Shown: positions 28,699-41,718, numbered from the stretch's first letter. The stretch: 64,000 nucleotides of DNA from Pseudomonadota bacterium (GCA_036337035.1 JAYZFC010000008.1:3213-67212), one strand, 5' to 3'. Notes: generated by a model from the sequence alone, not told the origin. Numbers and translations: made by a program.

Positions 28699-29352
28699 CT
28701 AGTCAAAATCAATATAGACCATCGGATTAACAGGAGTTCCATTTTCTCTTATCTCAAAGTGAAGTTGTGGTAAGTTTCCTGGCCCTTCACCCATATGAGA
28801 AATAACTTGTCCTGCTACAACTTCATCACCTTCGGCAACTAATAAATCCTTATTAAATCCATAAGCTGTAAGGTAGGCCTCTCCATGCTTTATAATGATA
28901 AGATTTCCATAGCTCGTTAAACCTGAGCCAGCATAAACAACTTCACCAGACAATGTGGCATAAATATTATCTCCAACTGATCCTCTTATTCCTATACCGC
29001 TACCTAATAATAAATCTTCATTAAATTTCCTTATCACTAATCCATTTGCTGGCAAAATCCAAGTATTCCTTCCTATAATACCCGTATCTAATAAGGGTCT
29101 ATCTTTTGAATAATTCTCACTAATAGCTGAATCATAAGAACCCCTTATTAATAATCTCTGTCCTGGGTAAATTAAATTTGGATCATCTATATTATTTAAT
29201 AAAATAATATCGTCATATTTAACTCGATAAATCCATGCAATATAGTGAAGAGATTCTCCCTCTTTAACTGTATGACTAGTAATAGAATAATCAACTAAAG
29301 TTTTAGTACAGCTAGAAAATAATAATAAAGTAAATAAAAAATAATTTTTCAC
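28699..29352 (-). CDS. nlpD: LysM + M23 peptidase-domain lipoprotein (NlpD-like)
   Basis: 217 aa. Lipobox LLLFSSC, a LysM domain (HTVKEGESLHYIAWIYRVKYDDIILLNNI...IYPGQRLLI) and an M23 C-domain ending LHFEIRENGTPVNP. Lies in the surE-pcm-nlpD neighbourhood. Confidence 0.85.
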   Translation of the reverse strand: MKNYFLFTLLLFSSCTKTLVDYSITSHTVKEGESLHYIAWIYRVKYDDIILLNNIDDPNLIYPGQRLLIRGSYDSAISENYSKDRPLLDTGIIGRNTWILPANGLVIRKFNEDLLLGSGIGIRGSVGDNIYATLSGEVVYAGSGLTSYGNLIIIKHGEAYLTAYGFNKDLLVAEGDEVVAGQVISHMGEGPGNLPQLHFEIRENGTPVNPMVYIDFD

Positions 29353-29358
29353 AATATA

Positions 29359-29940
29359 TTAGAAAATAATGAATAATAAAATTAAAAATATAATTGTTAC
29401 TACAATAACTATCTTATCAAAATATAGCCTTATATTATTATTCATATTTTCTCCTCCTAAAACAATCAGCCCTGATACTAAAAAAAACCTTGCTCCTCTT
29501 CCTATAAAAGAAGCCAAAATAAAACCTGGAAGAAACATCCCTAAGCTACCTGCTGAAATGGTAAATATTTTATATGGAACCGGAGAAAAGCCAGCAATAA
29601 GTACTGACAAAAATCCCCAAGTTGTAAACCACTCTTTTGCTCTAATAAAATCATCTATATAGCCTCTAGATTTTAAAACTGGCTCAATTATATCTATTGC
29701 AAAAAAACCTAAGAAATACCCCACAATTCCTCCAACAACAGAGGATATAGTAGTTAAAAACGCATAATAAAAGGCTTTTTTATGATTAGCTAATGACATT
29801 GGAATTAACATTGTATCTGGAGGTATAGGAAAAAATATTGATTCTGAAAAACTTAAAATAACTAGAGCAAATTGAGAGGCTTTCTTTCTAGAAAGAGCTA
29901 AAATATAGTCATAAGTATCAGAAAAATTAATCAACCTCAT
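29359..29940 (-). CDS. DedA/YqaA-family inner-membrane protein
   Basis: 193 aa and multi-TM. The FFPIPPDTMLIPM motif is typical of the YqaA/DedA (SNARE-associated) family. Overlaps the pcm stop by 4 nt. Confidence 0.7.
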   Translation of the reverse strand: MRLINFSDTYDYILALSRKKASQFALVILSFSESIFFPIPPDTMLIPMSLANHKKAFYYAFLTTISSVVGGIVGYFLGFFAIDIIEPVLKSRGYIDDFIRAKEWFTTWGFLSVLIAGFSPVPYKIFTISAGSLGMFLPGFILASFIGRGARFFLVSGLIVLGGENMNNNIRLYFDKIVIVVTIIFLILLFIIF

Positions 29941-30611
29941 AGCCCTTCTATTAATGGAACAAAGTTAACAGATCCAATAGTTTTTTTATCGAAATTGTCG
30001 CCGCGACGAGTAATACACTCTAGATTCTGATCGTCATTCTTCCCAACAGGAATTACTAGCCTGCCTCCATTATCTAGCTGCATCAATAGATCATTAGGGA
30101 CTTTAGGTGGTGCAGCTGAAACAATTATAGCCTGAAATGGTGATTTATCTCTCCAACCTAAATAACCATCAGAAAGCTTAAAAGAAACATTCTTAATATT
30201 AATTTTTAATAAATTATCTCTAGATCTATGAAGCAAAGGTTTTATTCTCTCTATACTAAAAATTTTTTTAGCGAAAGGCGATAAGACAGCAGTTTGATAT
30301 CCACATCCAGTTCCAATCTCTAGAACTTTATTAAATTTTTTATCTTTATCCAAAACACCTAACAAAATCTCTGTCATTAAAGCGACAACATATGGCTGTG
30401 AAATAGTTTGGCTAAATCCTATTGGTAAGGCTGTATCCTCATAAGCGCGACTTGATAATGCCTCGTCTATAAACAAATGCCTAGGTACATCTTTAATTCT
30501 CTCTAATACTAGATTATTGCTTATGCCCTTCTCCCTTAATCTATCAATAAGTCTCTCTCTAGTTCTAGAGGAGGTCATCCCTATGCCATTTTCTTTTGAA
30601 AAATTATCCAC
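29937..30611 (-). CDS. pcm: protein-L-isoaspartate O-methyltransferase
   Basis: 224 aa. SAM-binding VLEIGTGCGYQTAVL and the substrate motif TISQPYVVA. Confidence 0.93.
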   Translation of the reverse strand: MDNFSKENGIGMTSSRTRERLIDRLREKGISNNLVLERIKDVPRHLFIDEALSSRAYEDTALPIGFSQTISQPYVVALMTEILLGVLDKDKKFNKVLEIGTGCGYQTAVLSPFAKKIFSIERIKPLLHRSRDNLLKINIKNVSFKLSDGYLGWRDKSPFQAIIVSAAPPKVPNDLLMQLDNGGRLVIPVGKNDDQNLECITRRGDNFDKKTIGSVNFVPLIEGL

Positions 30612-30614
30612 TAT

Positions 30615-31361
30615 CTATATCTTTGATAAGATATTGTTTAAACTAGAAATTGAATTATGGGCAGTAAAATTAACTTCTAATGGTGTGACAGAAATATAAT
30701 TATTAGCTATTGAATAAAAATCAGTACCCTTTCCATTGTCTTTGCTAGCTCCAGCCTTGCCTATCCAATACAACATTTTACCCTTAGGATTTGCTGTTCC
30801 TATTATTGGCTCAGGCTTGGATCTAGTGCCAAGTCGTGTTGCATGAATGCCCTGTATATTTTTTTTTGGTATATCAGGAACATTTACATTAAGAATAATA
30901 TTCTTCTCTAAGCGATTATTAACGATCAAATTAATTAAATCTATTGTAGTAGAGATGGCTGTTTCAAAATTTGATCCATCTTTATAAGCTAATGAAACTG
31001 CAATTGAAGGAATTCCAAATAACCTAGCCTCAAGAGCAGCAGCAACAGTTCCTGAATACAAAACATCATCACCAAGATTAGCGCCATGGTTTATTCCAGA
31101 TATGATAATATCAGGTTGAAAATCTAGAAAGCCAGTAAGAGCTAAATGGATGCAGTCTGTAGGTGTACCATTAACATAATAAAAATCTTTCTCAAATCGT
31201 TCAATATTAAGAGGAGAAGAAAGTGTAATAGCGCTACTTCCACCACTACAGTTTCTATCAGGTGCAATAATAAGTATTTCAGCTATTTCTTTGAGGTTAT
31301 TAGCTAACACTCTAAGTCCCTTTGCTTGATAGCCGTCGTCATTTGATAGAAGTATTTTCAC
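30615..31361 (-). CDS. surE: 5'/3'-nucleotidase SurE
   Basis: 248 aa. N-terminal MKILLSNDDGYQAKGL and the GINHGANLG motif. Confidence 0.93.
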   Translation of the reverse strand: MKILLSNDDGYQAKGLRVLANNLKEIAEILIIAPDRNCSGGSSAITLSSPLNIERFEKDFYYVNGTPTDCIHLALTGFLDFQPDIIISGINHGANLGDDVLYSGTVAAALEARLFGIPSIAVSLAYKDGSNFETAISTTIDLINLIVNNRLEKNIILNVNVPDIPKKNIQGIHATRLGTRSKPEPIIGTANPKGKMLYWIGKAGASKDNGKGTDFYSIANNYISVTPLEVNFTAHNSISSLNNILSKI

Positions 31362-31427
31362 TTTGAGATACCTAAATTAAATATTTATAATCAGATTATA
31401 CTTAAAGCTTACATATAATGAGATAAA

Positions 31428-31970
31428 TTGATGAAAAAAAGTGATGAAGATAAGGATTTATTTAAAAATGCAATGAAAAACGTTACTCCTATCAAAAAAG
31501 ATAGGAGACTCTATAATGATGATTTATCGAAAAATAAAAAGAAAATTAGATCAAAAAATATAAATAATCAGAATTATGAGAACTCTATGTTGGAGCTTAA
31601 TATCTCTGCAGATGAAGTAGAGCAATTAGGTAATGAAATTGCCTTCCGTAGAAAAGGAGTATCGAAAAAAATCCTATCAAGGCTAAAAAAAGGAGATTAT
31701 TACATTGAATCAGAGATTGACTTACACGGGTATACTGTTGATCAAGCAAAAATAATACTTAAAGAATTTATAGCCAATAGCTCTTCTGAAAACATAGGGT
31801 GCGTGAGAGTAATTCATGGGAAAGGTCTAGGATCAGGAATAAATGGTCCTGTAATAAAAAATTATGTCCAAAGATGGCTTGGTCAGTGGGATGATGTATT
31901 AGCATTTGTTACTGCTAGAGCTAAAGATGGTGGAAGCGGCGCATTATATGTATTGATTAAAAAAAGGTAA
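31428..31970 (+). CDS. Smr-domain protein
   Basis: 180 aa with a Lys-rich N-terminal region. The C-terminal Smr domain reads IDLHGYTVDQAKIILKEFI...VRVIHGKG. TTG start. Confidence 0.75.
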   Translation: MMKKSDEDKDLFKNAMKNVTPIKKDRRLYNDDLSKNKKKIRSKNINNQNYENSMLELNISADEVEQLGNEIAFRRKGVSKKILSRLKKGDYYIESEIDLHGYTVDQAKIILKEFIANSSSENIGCVRVIHGKGLGSGINGPVIKNYVQRWLGQWDDVLAFVTARAKDGGSGALYVLIKKR

Positions 31971-31972
31971 AA

Positions 31973-32248
31973 TTACTCTTCGATAATCTGATAATAAGTC
32001 TCTTGCTCTTCAATCATTCCTAAATCTGTTCTGGCTCTTTCTTCAATGGCACTTAAGCCCTGTTTGAGATCACTAACTTCCGCTTCTAAAGAGATATTCC
32101 TGTCTCTTAATTGTTGATTTTCATTTTCCCTTATATCAACCTCTCTATCTAATTCCCAAGCTTCTCTTATTCCTCCATCAGATATCCAAGAAAAACTTTG
32201 GATAATAATTAATAACAATGCCATCGAAAATATAATAATCTTAATCAT
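31973..32248 (-). CDS. ftsB: cell division protein FtsB
   Basis: The ORF track extends to 32302. Aligned to E. coli FtsB, with its short cytoplasmic tail, TM segment and coiled coil, the start fits Met19 (ATG at 32248, an 8-nt overlap with the eno stop). Met27 at 32224 is also possible. The coiled coil reads [23 protein letters not shown]...[10 protein letters not shown]. Confidence 0.8.
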   Translation of the reverse strand: MIKIIIFSMALLLIIIQSFSWISDGGIREAWELDREVDIRENENQQLRDRNISLEAEVSDLKQGLSAIEERARTDLGMIEEQETYYQIIEE

Positions 32249-33533
32249 TAGATAAACTAAAGTTAAAGGCATCAAACGATGCATATTGGATATTCTTACC
32301 AAGATTATTTTCTATTCTCATAATTTGGTTATACTTTGATAATCTATCAGATCTACATAAAGAACCTGTTTTTATTTGTGTTGCACTTGTTGCAATTGAA
32401 ATATCTGCAATAATGTTATCTTCGGTCTCACCTGATCTATGTGAGATAACAGAGGAATAATCAGCACCACTAGCCATATCTATAGCATCTAATGTTTCAC
32501 TCAAAGTACCAATTTGGTTTGGCTTAATGAGAATACTATTAGCAATTTTTCTTGATATTCCTTTTGATAAAAGTTTGGTATTAGTTACAAAAAGATCATC
32601 ACCTACAAGCTGAATTCTCTTGTCAAACCTTTTAGACATTAACTCCCATCCAGACCAATCATCTTCGGCCATACCGTCTTCAATAGAAATTATTGGATAT
32701 CTAGAAACTAAGTCCTCTAAATAAAAGCAAAAATCTTTAGAATCAAATTTTTTATTCTCAGACTCAAGATAATAGAAGCCTTCTGAATAAATTTCAGTAC
32801 TTGCAACATCTAGACCTAAAAAAACATCTCTTCCTAATGTATATCCAGAAATATCAACAGCTTCGCTAATGGCTATTAAAGCCTCTTCATTTGATGAAAA
32901 ATCTGGAGCAAAACCTCCTTCATCACCAACTGCAGTATTTAAACCCCTTTTAGAAAGTATTTCTTTTAAACTATGAAAAACTTCAGCTCCACATCTCACT
33001 GCCTCAGAAAAGGAATCTACACCTATTGGAATAATCATAAATTCCTGAATATCTACATTATTTTCTGCGTGTGAACCTCCATTCAAAATATTCATCATAG
33101 GAACTGGAGAAATGTAATTATTTGATCGTGATAAACTTTCATATAAATGGAGGCCCTTACTATTGGCACTAGCTCTTGCGTAGGCCAATGAAACAGCTAA
33201 AATAGCATTTGCTCCTAAATGAGACTTATTTGGAGTGCCATCAAGATCAATAAGTAAAGAATCTATAAATTTTTGGCTGTCAATATTTTGTCCAACCAAA
33301 CTATCATTAATTATATTATTAATATTAAATACCGCTTTAGTAACACCTTTACCAAAATATCTATCTTTGTTTTTATCTCTTAGCTCAACTGCTTCATTAG
33401 AGCCAGTCGAAGCGCCAGAAGGAACTGAAGCACAGCCAGAAAAACCTGATTCTAAGAAAACTTCTGCTTCTACAGTTGGTATTCCTCTTGAGTCTATAAT
33501 CTCAATACCCTTAATTTTTTTTATCATATCCAT
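32241..33533 (-). CDS. eno: enolase
   Basis: 430 aa. [18 protein letters not shown] and [11 protein letters not shown] motifs. Confidence 0.96.
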   Translation of the reverse strand: MDMIKKIKGIEIIDSRGIPTVEAEVFLESGFSGCASVPSGASTGSNEAVELRDKNKDRYFGKGVTKAVFNINNIINDSLVGQNIDSQKFIDSLLIDLDGTPNKSHLGANAILAVSLAYARASANSKGLHLYESLSRSNNYISPVPMMNILNGGSHAENNVDIQEFMIIPIGVDSFSEAVRCGAEVFHSLKEILSKRGLNTAVGDEGGFAPDFSSNEEALIAISEAVDISGYTLGRDVFLGLDVASTEIYSEGFYYLESENKKFDSKDFCFYLEDLVSRYPIISIEDGMAEDDWSGWELMSKRFDKRIQLVGDDLFVTNTKLLSKGISRKIANSILIKPNQIGTLSETLDAIDMASGADYSSVISHRSGETEDNIIADISIATSATQIKTGSLCRSDRLSKYNQIMRIENNLGKNIQYASFDAFNFSLSND

Positions 33534-33554
33534 AATTAAAATATCTAAAATTAC

Positions 33555-35192
<1,638 letters not shown>

Positions 35193-35311
35193 CTAAATTG
35201 CAGTAATAAAATTGATATAAGACGGTTCTATAAAATACCAAAAGAAAGATTTGATCGCCAGCATTATAATTTATTTTTTTTTTCGCTTAAATAAAATGGC
35301 TAAAACTAAGG

Positions 35312-36646
35312 TTAATATATGGGAGGATGATCAACCCAATTCACTTTCCAATAAATATTTTCTTTTTTTTCGCTATTAATTATATCCGATATCCATAGAT
35401 CAGCAATAGCAACTAATTGATCCTCATAATAAATTAATGGAATTTTATTCCTCATCCAAGGAACAATTGATTTAGACTGAAAAAGACTTTTTAAAGTCTT
35501 ATGATGATGCGTATTTATGAGCTTAAACTTCTCTCCTCCTTCTCTAAATCTAATTTCTAAACCTTTATTTACCCATGAATCAGGTATCCCTATGCTTGAA
35601 GTTTTTTCAAGCCGTAATTCTCCTACTGGACTAATCCATTTTTTTTCTTTAGATATTACTCCTCTATTATGGTTAGAAAAACTATCGATAGGCTCAAATA
35701 AGTACAATACACCCTTAAAAATTCTTGCTTCTAAACCCTTCCATTTGATTTGTGTTTCTGCATCCGGTCTTGATATATAAAGAGCATCATATAATTTTTT
35801 CAAATGCATAGAGCTTGGTATTGGTAAATCTAGATCTGTTATTAATTTTCTTAATAAATTATTTAATCTCGCCTCACTATGTATTGTAATCAGCTCTACT
35901 GGTATTCTTTTTTTATCAGGAATTAATTCTAAATCTAAATCTGCTAGCACATTGAGCAATTCTTCAGCATCTTTCATTTGTTTTGAGGTCCTTGCTGCAA
36001 TAACTGCAGAAGATGGCCATCTATTATTAATAAGAGGAACAACCTGATGCCTTAAATAGTTTCTATCATAACCTATATCCTTATTGCTTGGATCTTCAAT
36101 CCATTGTAATTTCCATTCCTTAGCAACATCCTTAATTTCAGATTTAGTAGTGTTTAAAAGTGGTCTAGCTAAGAAGCCTTTTCCAAAATTATTATAATCT
36201 AATATTCCTCTCAGACCTCTTACACCACTACCTCGTAAAAACCTATATAAAAAAGTTTCAAGTTGGTCATCAGCATGATGTGCAGTTACTAATAAATCAT
36301 TACTAGAAAGCTCTTCCTTAAAAAATGCATACCTAGCCTCTCTAGCTCTTTCCTCAATATTTCCTTTATTTTCTAGGTTAAGTGATGCTGTTTTAGAAAC
36401 AAATTTTATATTTAACTTTTCGCAATTATCTCGACAAAAATCTTCCCAGCTAGACGATTTACTATCAAGCTGATGGTTAACATGAATCGCCTTTATACAA
36501 ATTTGTAAATTTAATCTAGAAATAGTATATAAAAGAACTGTAGAATCCAAACCACCGCTATATGCAATACTTATAGTCTTAATATCATTTAAACTAATAA
36601 AATGCTCAAGAGATGCTTTGATTTTTTTTAGAAATTTTTCGATCAA
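35312..36646 (-). CDS. tilS: tRNA(Ile)-lysidine synthase
   Basis: 444 aa. PP-loop IAYSGGLDSTVLL, with a C-terminal TilS substrate-binding region. Confidence 0.9.
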   Translation of the reverse strand: MIEKFLKKIKASLEHFISLNDIKTISIAYSGGLDSTVLLYTISRLNLQICIKAIHVNHQLDSKSSSWEDFCRDNCEKLNIKFVSKTASLNLENKGNIEERAREARYAFFKEELSSNDLLVTAHHADDQLETFLYRFLRGSGVRGLRGILDYNNFGKGFLARPLLNTTKSEIKDVAKEWKLQWIEDPSNKDIGYDRNYLRHQVVPLINNRWPSSAVIAARTSKQMKDAEELLNVLADLDLELIPDKKRIPVELITIHSEARLNNLLRKLITDLDLPIPSSMHLKKLYDALYISRPDAETQIKWKGLEARIFKGVLYLFEPIDSFSNHNRGVISKEKKWISPVGELRLEKTSSIGIPDSWVNKGLEIRFREGGEKFKLINTHHHKTLKSLFQSKSIVPWMRNKIPLIYYEDQLVAIADLWISDIINSEKKENIYWKVNWVDHPPIY

Positions 36647-36685
36647 TGTTTATAATTTTTTTTAAAAAAACTCTACTTATTCAAG

Positions 36686-37645
36686 TTATTCTTCTTGAAA
36701 AATCCCATACTTTGAATACATATTCTGCCTTTCATGAATTAATGAATCGGTAGATAAAGATTCAAGCTCATTTAAAGAACTAATAATTGATTTTTTTAAA
36801 ATATTTGACATAGATTCTGGGTCACGATGAGCTCCACCTAATGGCTCCTTGATTACCTGATGAACTAGACCTAATTCATGGAGGCGATCTGCTGTTACGC
36901 CAAGAGAATCTGCCGCTTCTTTTGCATGCTCTGGGCCCTTCCACAGTATTGAAGAGCACCCTTCCGGTGAAATAACAGAATACATACTATACTGAAGCAT
37001 TAAAATACGATCAGCTACACCAATTGCAAGCGCTCCTCCGGATCCTCCCTCGCCTATAATAATAGAAATTACGGGTGTTCTTAACTTAACCATTTCATAG
37101 ATATTTCTAGCAATAGCTTCGCTTTGACCTCTTTTTTCTGCTCCTAGACCTGGATGAGCACCAGGAGTATCAATAAAAGTAATAATCGGTAAATTAAATT
37201 TTTCTGCTAATTTCATCACCCTTAATGATTTCCTGTATCCTTCTGGCTTTGCCATGCCAAAATTTCTTCTCAAACGGTCTTTTGAATCTCTTCCCTTTTG
37301 CTGACCAATAAGAACAACTGGGCGCTCTTCTAATTTAGCTAATCCACATACTAAAGATTCATCATCTGCGTACATACGATCACCATGTAATTCGTGAAAA
37401 TCAGAAAAACATGATTTAATATAATCTAAAGTATAAGGTCTAGAAGGATGTCTAGATATTTTAACTATATCCCAAGATGATAGATTAGAAAAAATTTTCT
37501 TTGTTAATGCGTTGCTTTTATTTTTTAGCTTAGAAATTTCTTCACTTATATTTACTGTAGAATCATCTCCAATAAATTTAAGTTCTTCTATCTTAGCTTC
37601 AAGCTCAGCTATTGGCTCCTCTAGCTTTATAAATTTAGTATCCAT
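36686..37645 (-). CDS. accA: acetyl-CoA carboxylase carboxyltransferase alpha subunit
   Basis: 319 aa. [10 protein letters not shown] and [11 protein letters not shown] motifs. Confidence 0.95.
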   Translation of the reverse strand: MDTKFIKLEEPIAELEAKIEELKFIGDDSTVNISEEISKLKNKSNALTKKIFSNLSSWDIVKISRHPSRPYTLDYIKSCFSDFHELHGDRMYADDESLVCGLAKLEERPVVLIGQQKGRDSKDRLRRNFGMAKPEGYRKSLRVMKLAEKFNLPIITFIDTPGAHPGLGAEKRGQSEAIARNIYEMVKLRTPVISIIIGEGGSGGALAIGVADRILMLQYSMYSVISPEGCSSILWKGPEHAKEAADSLGVTADRLHELGLVHQVIKEPLGGAHRDPESMSNILKKSIISSLNELESLSTDSLIHERQNMYSKYGIFQEE

Positions 37646-37665
37646 TTAAACATAATAATAGAAAA

Positions 37666-40600
37666 TTAGAATTTCTTATAGTGAATACTATAACCTTCTT
37701 CTCCAAAAAGAGAAGAAATCTGGTCTCGAGCATCTCTCTTAAGTGATATTGACCAATTATTTCCAAGCTTTACCGATGTACTAGCCTTAGAATTAGTATA
37801 ATTTAAATAAACATCGCAGCCTCCCCCCTTGTATGGCTGAAGTGCTTGCTTTAAGTTTTTTGATAAAGCGCTATTATTCTTATTACTATTAAAGTTAATA
37901 GTTAACCTCTTAGCATTATCCTCAATAGCTTGATCTATAGTTTTTATATATTGAGCTTTTAGCTTCCAATTGCTATTAAAATCATCGTAGCTTAGCTGCC
38001 CTTCGATATATAAAATATAATCCTTTATTATGATATCTTGATACTTATTAAATGTATCTTCAAATAAAGTAACTTCAATCTTAGCTGTTGTATCATCAAT
38101 AATTATGCTTATTGTATTTTTATTTCTAAATATATCAACTACCAAACCAGCGATACTTATCTTTGATTTCGAGCTAAAATACTTCTTTCCTTTTGGTAAA
38201 ATATGAGAGGTGCTTAATATTGTTCCATTAGTGAATTGGGATGAGTGTCTACTATATTCATTGAATGGGTGTCCAGTTAAATAAAATCCTAGGCTTTCTT
38301 TTTCAAACATTAATTTATCTCTATCTCTCCATTCATTAGTTTGTTTAAGAACATGCTCTAACCCTTCATTTCCTTCATCAGAAAACAGAGAATGTTGTCC
38401 AGCAGCTCTCATATTAGCATTATTTCCTGCTATCATGAGTAAGCTATTAATAGCTTCATATGCAGAAGCCCTATTTGACCCTAGCACATCCATAGCTCCT
38501 GATTTAATTAATGCCTCTAAAGATCTTTTATTGATAGATTGATTACCTAATCTTTTACAAAAATCAATTAAATCTAAATATTTTCCATTGATCTTTCTCT
38601 CTACAATAATATCATCAATAATATTCTTCCCAACTCCTTTAATTGCTCCTAAACCATAATCAACACTCTTATTATCTCTTACTGAAAATTCATAAACAGA
38701 TTGATTAATGTCTGGTGCATGAATTTTAATTCTCATTCTTTTACATTCTTGAACCAACTCCATGACCTTATCTGTATTTCCCATATCCATTGTAAGAACA
38801 GCAGACATAAATTCATTGGGATAATGCGTTTTTAGCCAAGCCGTCCTAAATGCTACAACAGCATATGCAACAGCATGAGACTTATTAAATCCATACCCTG
38901 CAAATTTCTCCATTATGTCAAAAACTTCTTCAGAAATTCTTTTATCTATATCTTTATTACTAGCGCCTTGAATGAATATAGCTCTCTGATTGGCCATTTC
39001 ATCTTCATTTTTCTTACCCATTGCCCTTCTAAGAATATCTGCCTCTCCTAAACTATAACCTGCTAAAATTTGGGCTGCCTGCATCACCTGTTCTTGGTAA
39101 ACAAATACTCCATAGGTAGGCTCAAGAATTGGCTTAAGAAGAGGATGGAAATAATTAATAGGCTTATCATTAACGCCATGTTTACAACGAATAAACTCTT
39201 GAACGCTACCCGATTCCATAGGTCCGGGCCTACCTAAAGCTAGAATAGCTGCTAGATCTTCAAAAGTATCTGGCTGGACGCCCTTAATAACACCTCTCAT
39301 CATCTTTGACTCAATCTGAAAAACAGCCGATGTATTACAAGTTTTTAAAAGCTCAAATGTATTAGTATCATCTAATGGAATTTTTGTTATATTAACAGGC
39401 TCCAAACCTTCTTGTTCTTTTACTCTATTTATGTTCTCTACAGCATGTTTAATAATAGTTAAGGTTTTAAGCCCAAGAAAGTCAAACTTTATAAGACCAA
39501 TAGACTCAACATCATCTTTATCAAGCTGACTAAGAATATTACCATCCTCATCACAATATAATGGCATATATTCAGTTAAAGGCTCTGGAGCAATAACTAC
39601 TCCTCCAGCATGAGTTCCAGCATTACGCGCCAAGCCTTCTAAAGACTTTGCTCTATCAATAAGTAACTTTATATCATCTTCATTATTATAGCGTTTCTTT
39701 AACTCAGGGTTTTCTTCAATTGCTTGATCTAATGTAACACCGACTGTAAATGGAATGAGTTTTGCAACACTATCAACAAACCCATGAGGCATACCTAAGA
39801 CCCTACCTACATCTCTAACCACAGCTTTAGCTGCCATAGTTCCAAAAGTAATAATTTGAGACACATGGTCAACTCCATACTTATTTGAAATATACTCAAT
39901 TACCTTTTCTCTACCTTCTATGCAAAAATCAATATCAAAATCTGGCATTGAGACTCTTTCCTTATTTAAAAATCTTTCAAATAACAAATCATAAAAAATA
40001 GGGTCAATGTCGGTGATTTCTAGTGCATATGCTACTAATGATCCCGCCCCGGATCCGCGGCCAGGACCAACTGGAATTAAATTATCATTTGACCAAGAAA
40101 TAAAGTCAGCAACAATTAAAAAATAACCTTCGAAACCCATATCGCAAATTGTAGTTAACTCATAATCCAATCTCTGAAAATAGATATCTCGCTTATTTTT
40201 ATCTGGATCTTTAAAGCTCATTCTTTTTTCAAGACCTATTTTAGATTGCTCTCTAAGATATGACTTTGTGTCACTACTATTAGGTGTATCGAAATATGGA
40301 AATATTGTATTTCCAAAATTTAAGTTAAAATTACATCTCTTAGCTATTTCAATTGTATTTTCTATAGCTTCAGGAATTTCAGAAAAAATTTCTTCCATTT
40401 CAATCGATGATTTTAAGTACTGGTGCTTAGTATATTTTTGTTGCCTTCCTGGATCTGATAAAACTACCTTATCTTGAATAGCTACCCTTATTTCATGTGA
40501 GTCATAATTTTCTTTTTTTAAAAACCTAACATCATTTGTAGCTACTACAGGAACAGATGTATTAGATGCTAAGGTAATCGCTCCGTCTAAATATATATCT

Positions 40601-41136
40601 TCATTTGGTCTACCTAGCTTCTGAAGCTCAATATAAAAATTATCAGGAAATATCCTTAAATATTTTTCTAGTTCTTTTTTTGCCTCAATGTGGTTTGTGG
40701 ATAATAAGCTATCTCCAATACTTCCAAATTGTCCTCCAGATAAAGCTATCAATCCAGATGTAATATTATTTTCTAACCAGTTCTCAATAATATATGATTT
40801 TTCATTTTCTCTACCTTTAGAATGAGCCATGCTTAATAATTTACTTAAGTTTCTAAATCCAGTCTTGTTCTTACATAATAAAGTCATCCGATATGACTTA
40901 GTATCACTTATATTTTTCTTAACTATAATATCTGAACCAATAATAGGTTTTATTCCATTTGATGTGGCCATTTTGTAAAACTTGACAAGTGAAAAAGTAT
41001 TTATTTCTTCGCAAAGAGCAATAGCAGGAATTTTTTCACGACTTGCTAAATCAATCAGTGAAGGTATCTTAATAACACTATCTATAAGTGAAAATTCACT
41101 ATGTATCTTTAGATGTACAAATTTATTTTTGCTCAT
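37666..41136 (-). CDS. dnaE: DNA polymerase III alpha subunit
   Basis: 1156 aa. N-terminal PHP domain (FVHLKIHSEFSL), palm motifs GPGRGSGAGSLVAY and PDFDIDF, and a C-terminal OB fold. Confidence 0.96.
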   Translation of the reverse strand: MSKNKFVHLKIHSEFSLIDSVIKIPSLIDLASREKIPAIALCEEINTFSLVKFYKMATSNGIKPIIGSDIIVKKNISDTKSYRMTLLCKNKTGFRNLSKLLSMAHSKGRENEKSYIIENWLENNITSGLIALSGGQFGSIGDSLLSTNHIEAKKELEKYLRIFPDNFYIELQKLGRPNEDIYLDGAITLASNTSVPVVATNDVRFLKKENYDSHEIRVAIQDKVVLSDPGRQQKYTKHQYLKSSIEMEEIFSEIPEAIENTIEIAKRCNFNLNFGNTIFPYFDTPNSSDTKSYLREQSKIGLEKRMSFKDPDKNKRDIYFQRLDYELTTICDMGFEGYFLIVADFISWSNDNLIPVGPGRGSGAGSLVAYALEITDIDPIFYDLLFERFLNKERVSMPDFDIDFCIEGREKVIEYISNKYGVDHVSQIITFGTMAAKAVVRDVGRVLGMPHGFVDSVAKLIPFTVGVTLDQAIEENPELKKRYNNEDDIKLLIDRAKSLEGLARNAGTHAGGVVIAPEPLTEYMPLYCDEDGNILSQLDKDDVESIGLIKFDFLGLKTLTIIKHAVENINRVKEQEGLEPVNITKIPLDDTNTFELLKTCNTSAVFQIESKMMRGVIKGVQPDTFEDLAAILALGRPGPMESGSVQEFIRCKHGVNDKPINYFHPLLKPILEPTYGVFVYQEQVMQAAQILAGYSLGEADILRRAMGKKNEDEMANQRAIFIQGASNKDIDKRISEEVFDIMEKFAGYGFNKSHAVAYAVVAFRTAWLKTHYPNEFMSAVLTMDMGNTDKVMELVQECKRMRIKIHAPDINQSVYEFSVRDNKSVDYGLGAIKGVGKNIIDDIIVERKINGKYLDLIDFCKRLGNQSINKRSLEALIKSGAMDVLGSNRASAYEAINSLLMIAGNNANMRAAGQHSLFSDEGNEGLEHVLKQTNEWRDRDKLMFEKESLGFYLTGHPFNEYSRHSSQFTNGTILSTSHILPKGKKYFSSKSKISIAGLVVDIFRNKNTISIIIDDTTAKIEVTLFEDTFNKYQDIIIKDYILYIEGQLSYDDFNSNWKLKAQYIKTIDQAIEDNAKRLTINFNSNKNNSALSKNLKQALQPYKGGGCDVYLNYTNSKASTSVKLGNNWSISLKRDARDQISSLFGEEGYSIHYKKF

Positions 41137-41718
41137 CTAGATAGTGCTCCTAATAAAGACACATGGTTTAAAACTCAATCTATGAAATGGGGTTAAGCCA
41201 AATTTTTTTAGCCTATCTATATGATCTTTAGTTGGGTATCCTTTATTTATAATAAAATTATAATTTGGATACTTAAAGTGTAAAAGATTCATATATCTGT
41301 CTCTATAAACTTTAGCCATAATAGAAGCTGCGCTAATCTCCTGAACTTTCTCATCGCCTTTAATTATAGATTCAAGATAAAAATCTGTAACAACTTTATT
41401 AAAATTTGGAACTTGATTACCATCTATTTTAACAATATTAGGCTGGATGCTGAGAGATAAGATAGATCTCTTCATAGCAAGCAACGAAGCTTGAAGAATA
41501 TTTATTTTATCAATGATTTGCGATTCAATCATAGAAACAGAGTAGGCTAATGAATTTTTCCTTATTAGGCTAGAAAGAGCTATTCTCTTCTTTTTTGACA
41601 ACTTCTTTGAGTCTGCCAAGCCATAAATTGGCTTATTTTTATCTAATATTACTGCAGCAGCAAAAACAGGTCCCGCTATTGGTCCTCTTCCTGCCTCATC
41701 TACACCAGCTATATACAT
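41137..41718 (-). CDS. rnhB: ribonuclease HII
   Basis: 193 aa. IAGVDEAGRGPIAGPV and ADSKKLS motifs. Abuts dnaE with no gap. Confidence 0.93.
   Translation of the reverse strand: MYIAGVDEAGRGPIAGPVFAAAVILDKNKPIYGLADSKKLSKKKRIALSSLIRKNSLAYSVSMIESQIIDKINILQASLLAMKRSILSLSIQPNIVKIDGNQVPNFNKVVTDFYLESIIKGDEKVQEISAASIMAKVYRDRYMNLLHFKYPNYNFIINKGYPTKDHIDRLKKFGLTPFHRLSFKPCVFIRSTI

Noticed and set aside
35193-35264. 23-codon uORF upstream of pyrG as a leader peptide.
   Set aside because: It has no Shine-Dalgarno sequence upstream and overlaps the only plausible -10 hexamer. It is kept only as a remark within the pyrG spacer finding.
36647-36685. T9/A7 run (TTTTTTTTTAAAAAAA) between accA and tilS as a possible terminator or regulatory palindrome.
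   Set aside because: It is a pure A/T homopolymer junction with no GC stem, as expected in AT-rich spacer DNA.
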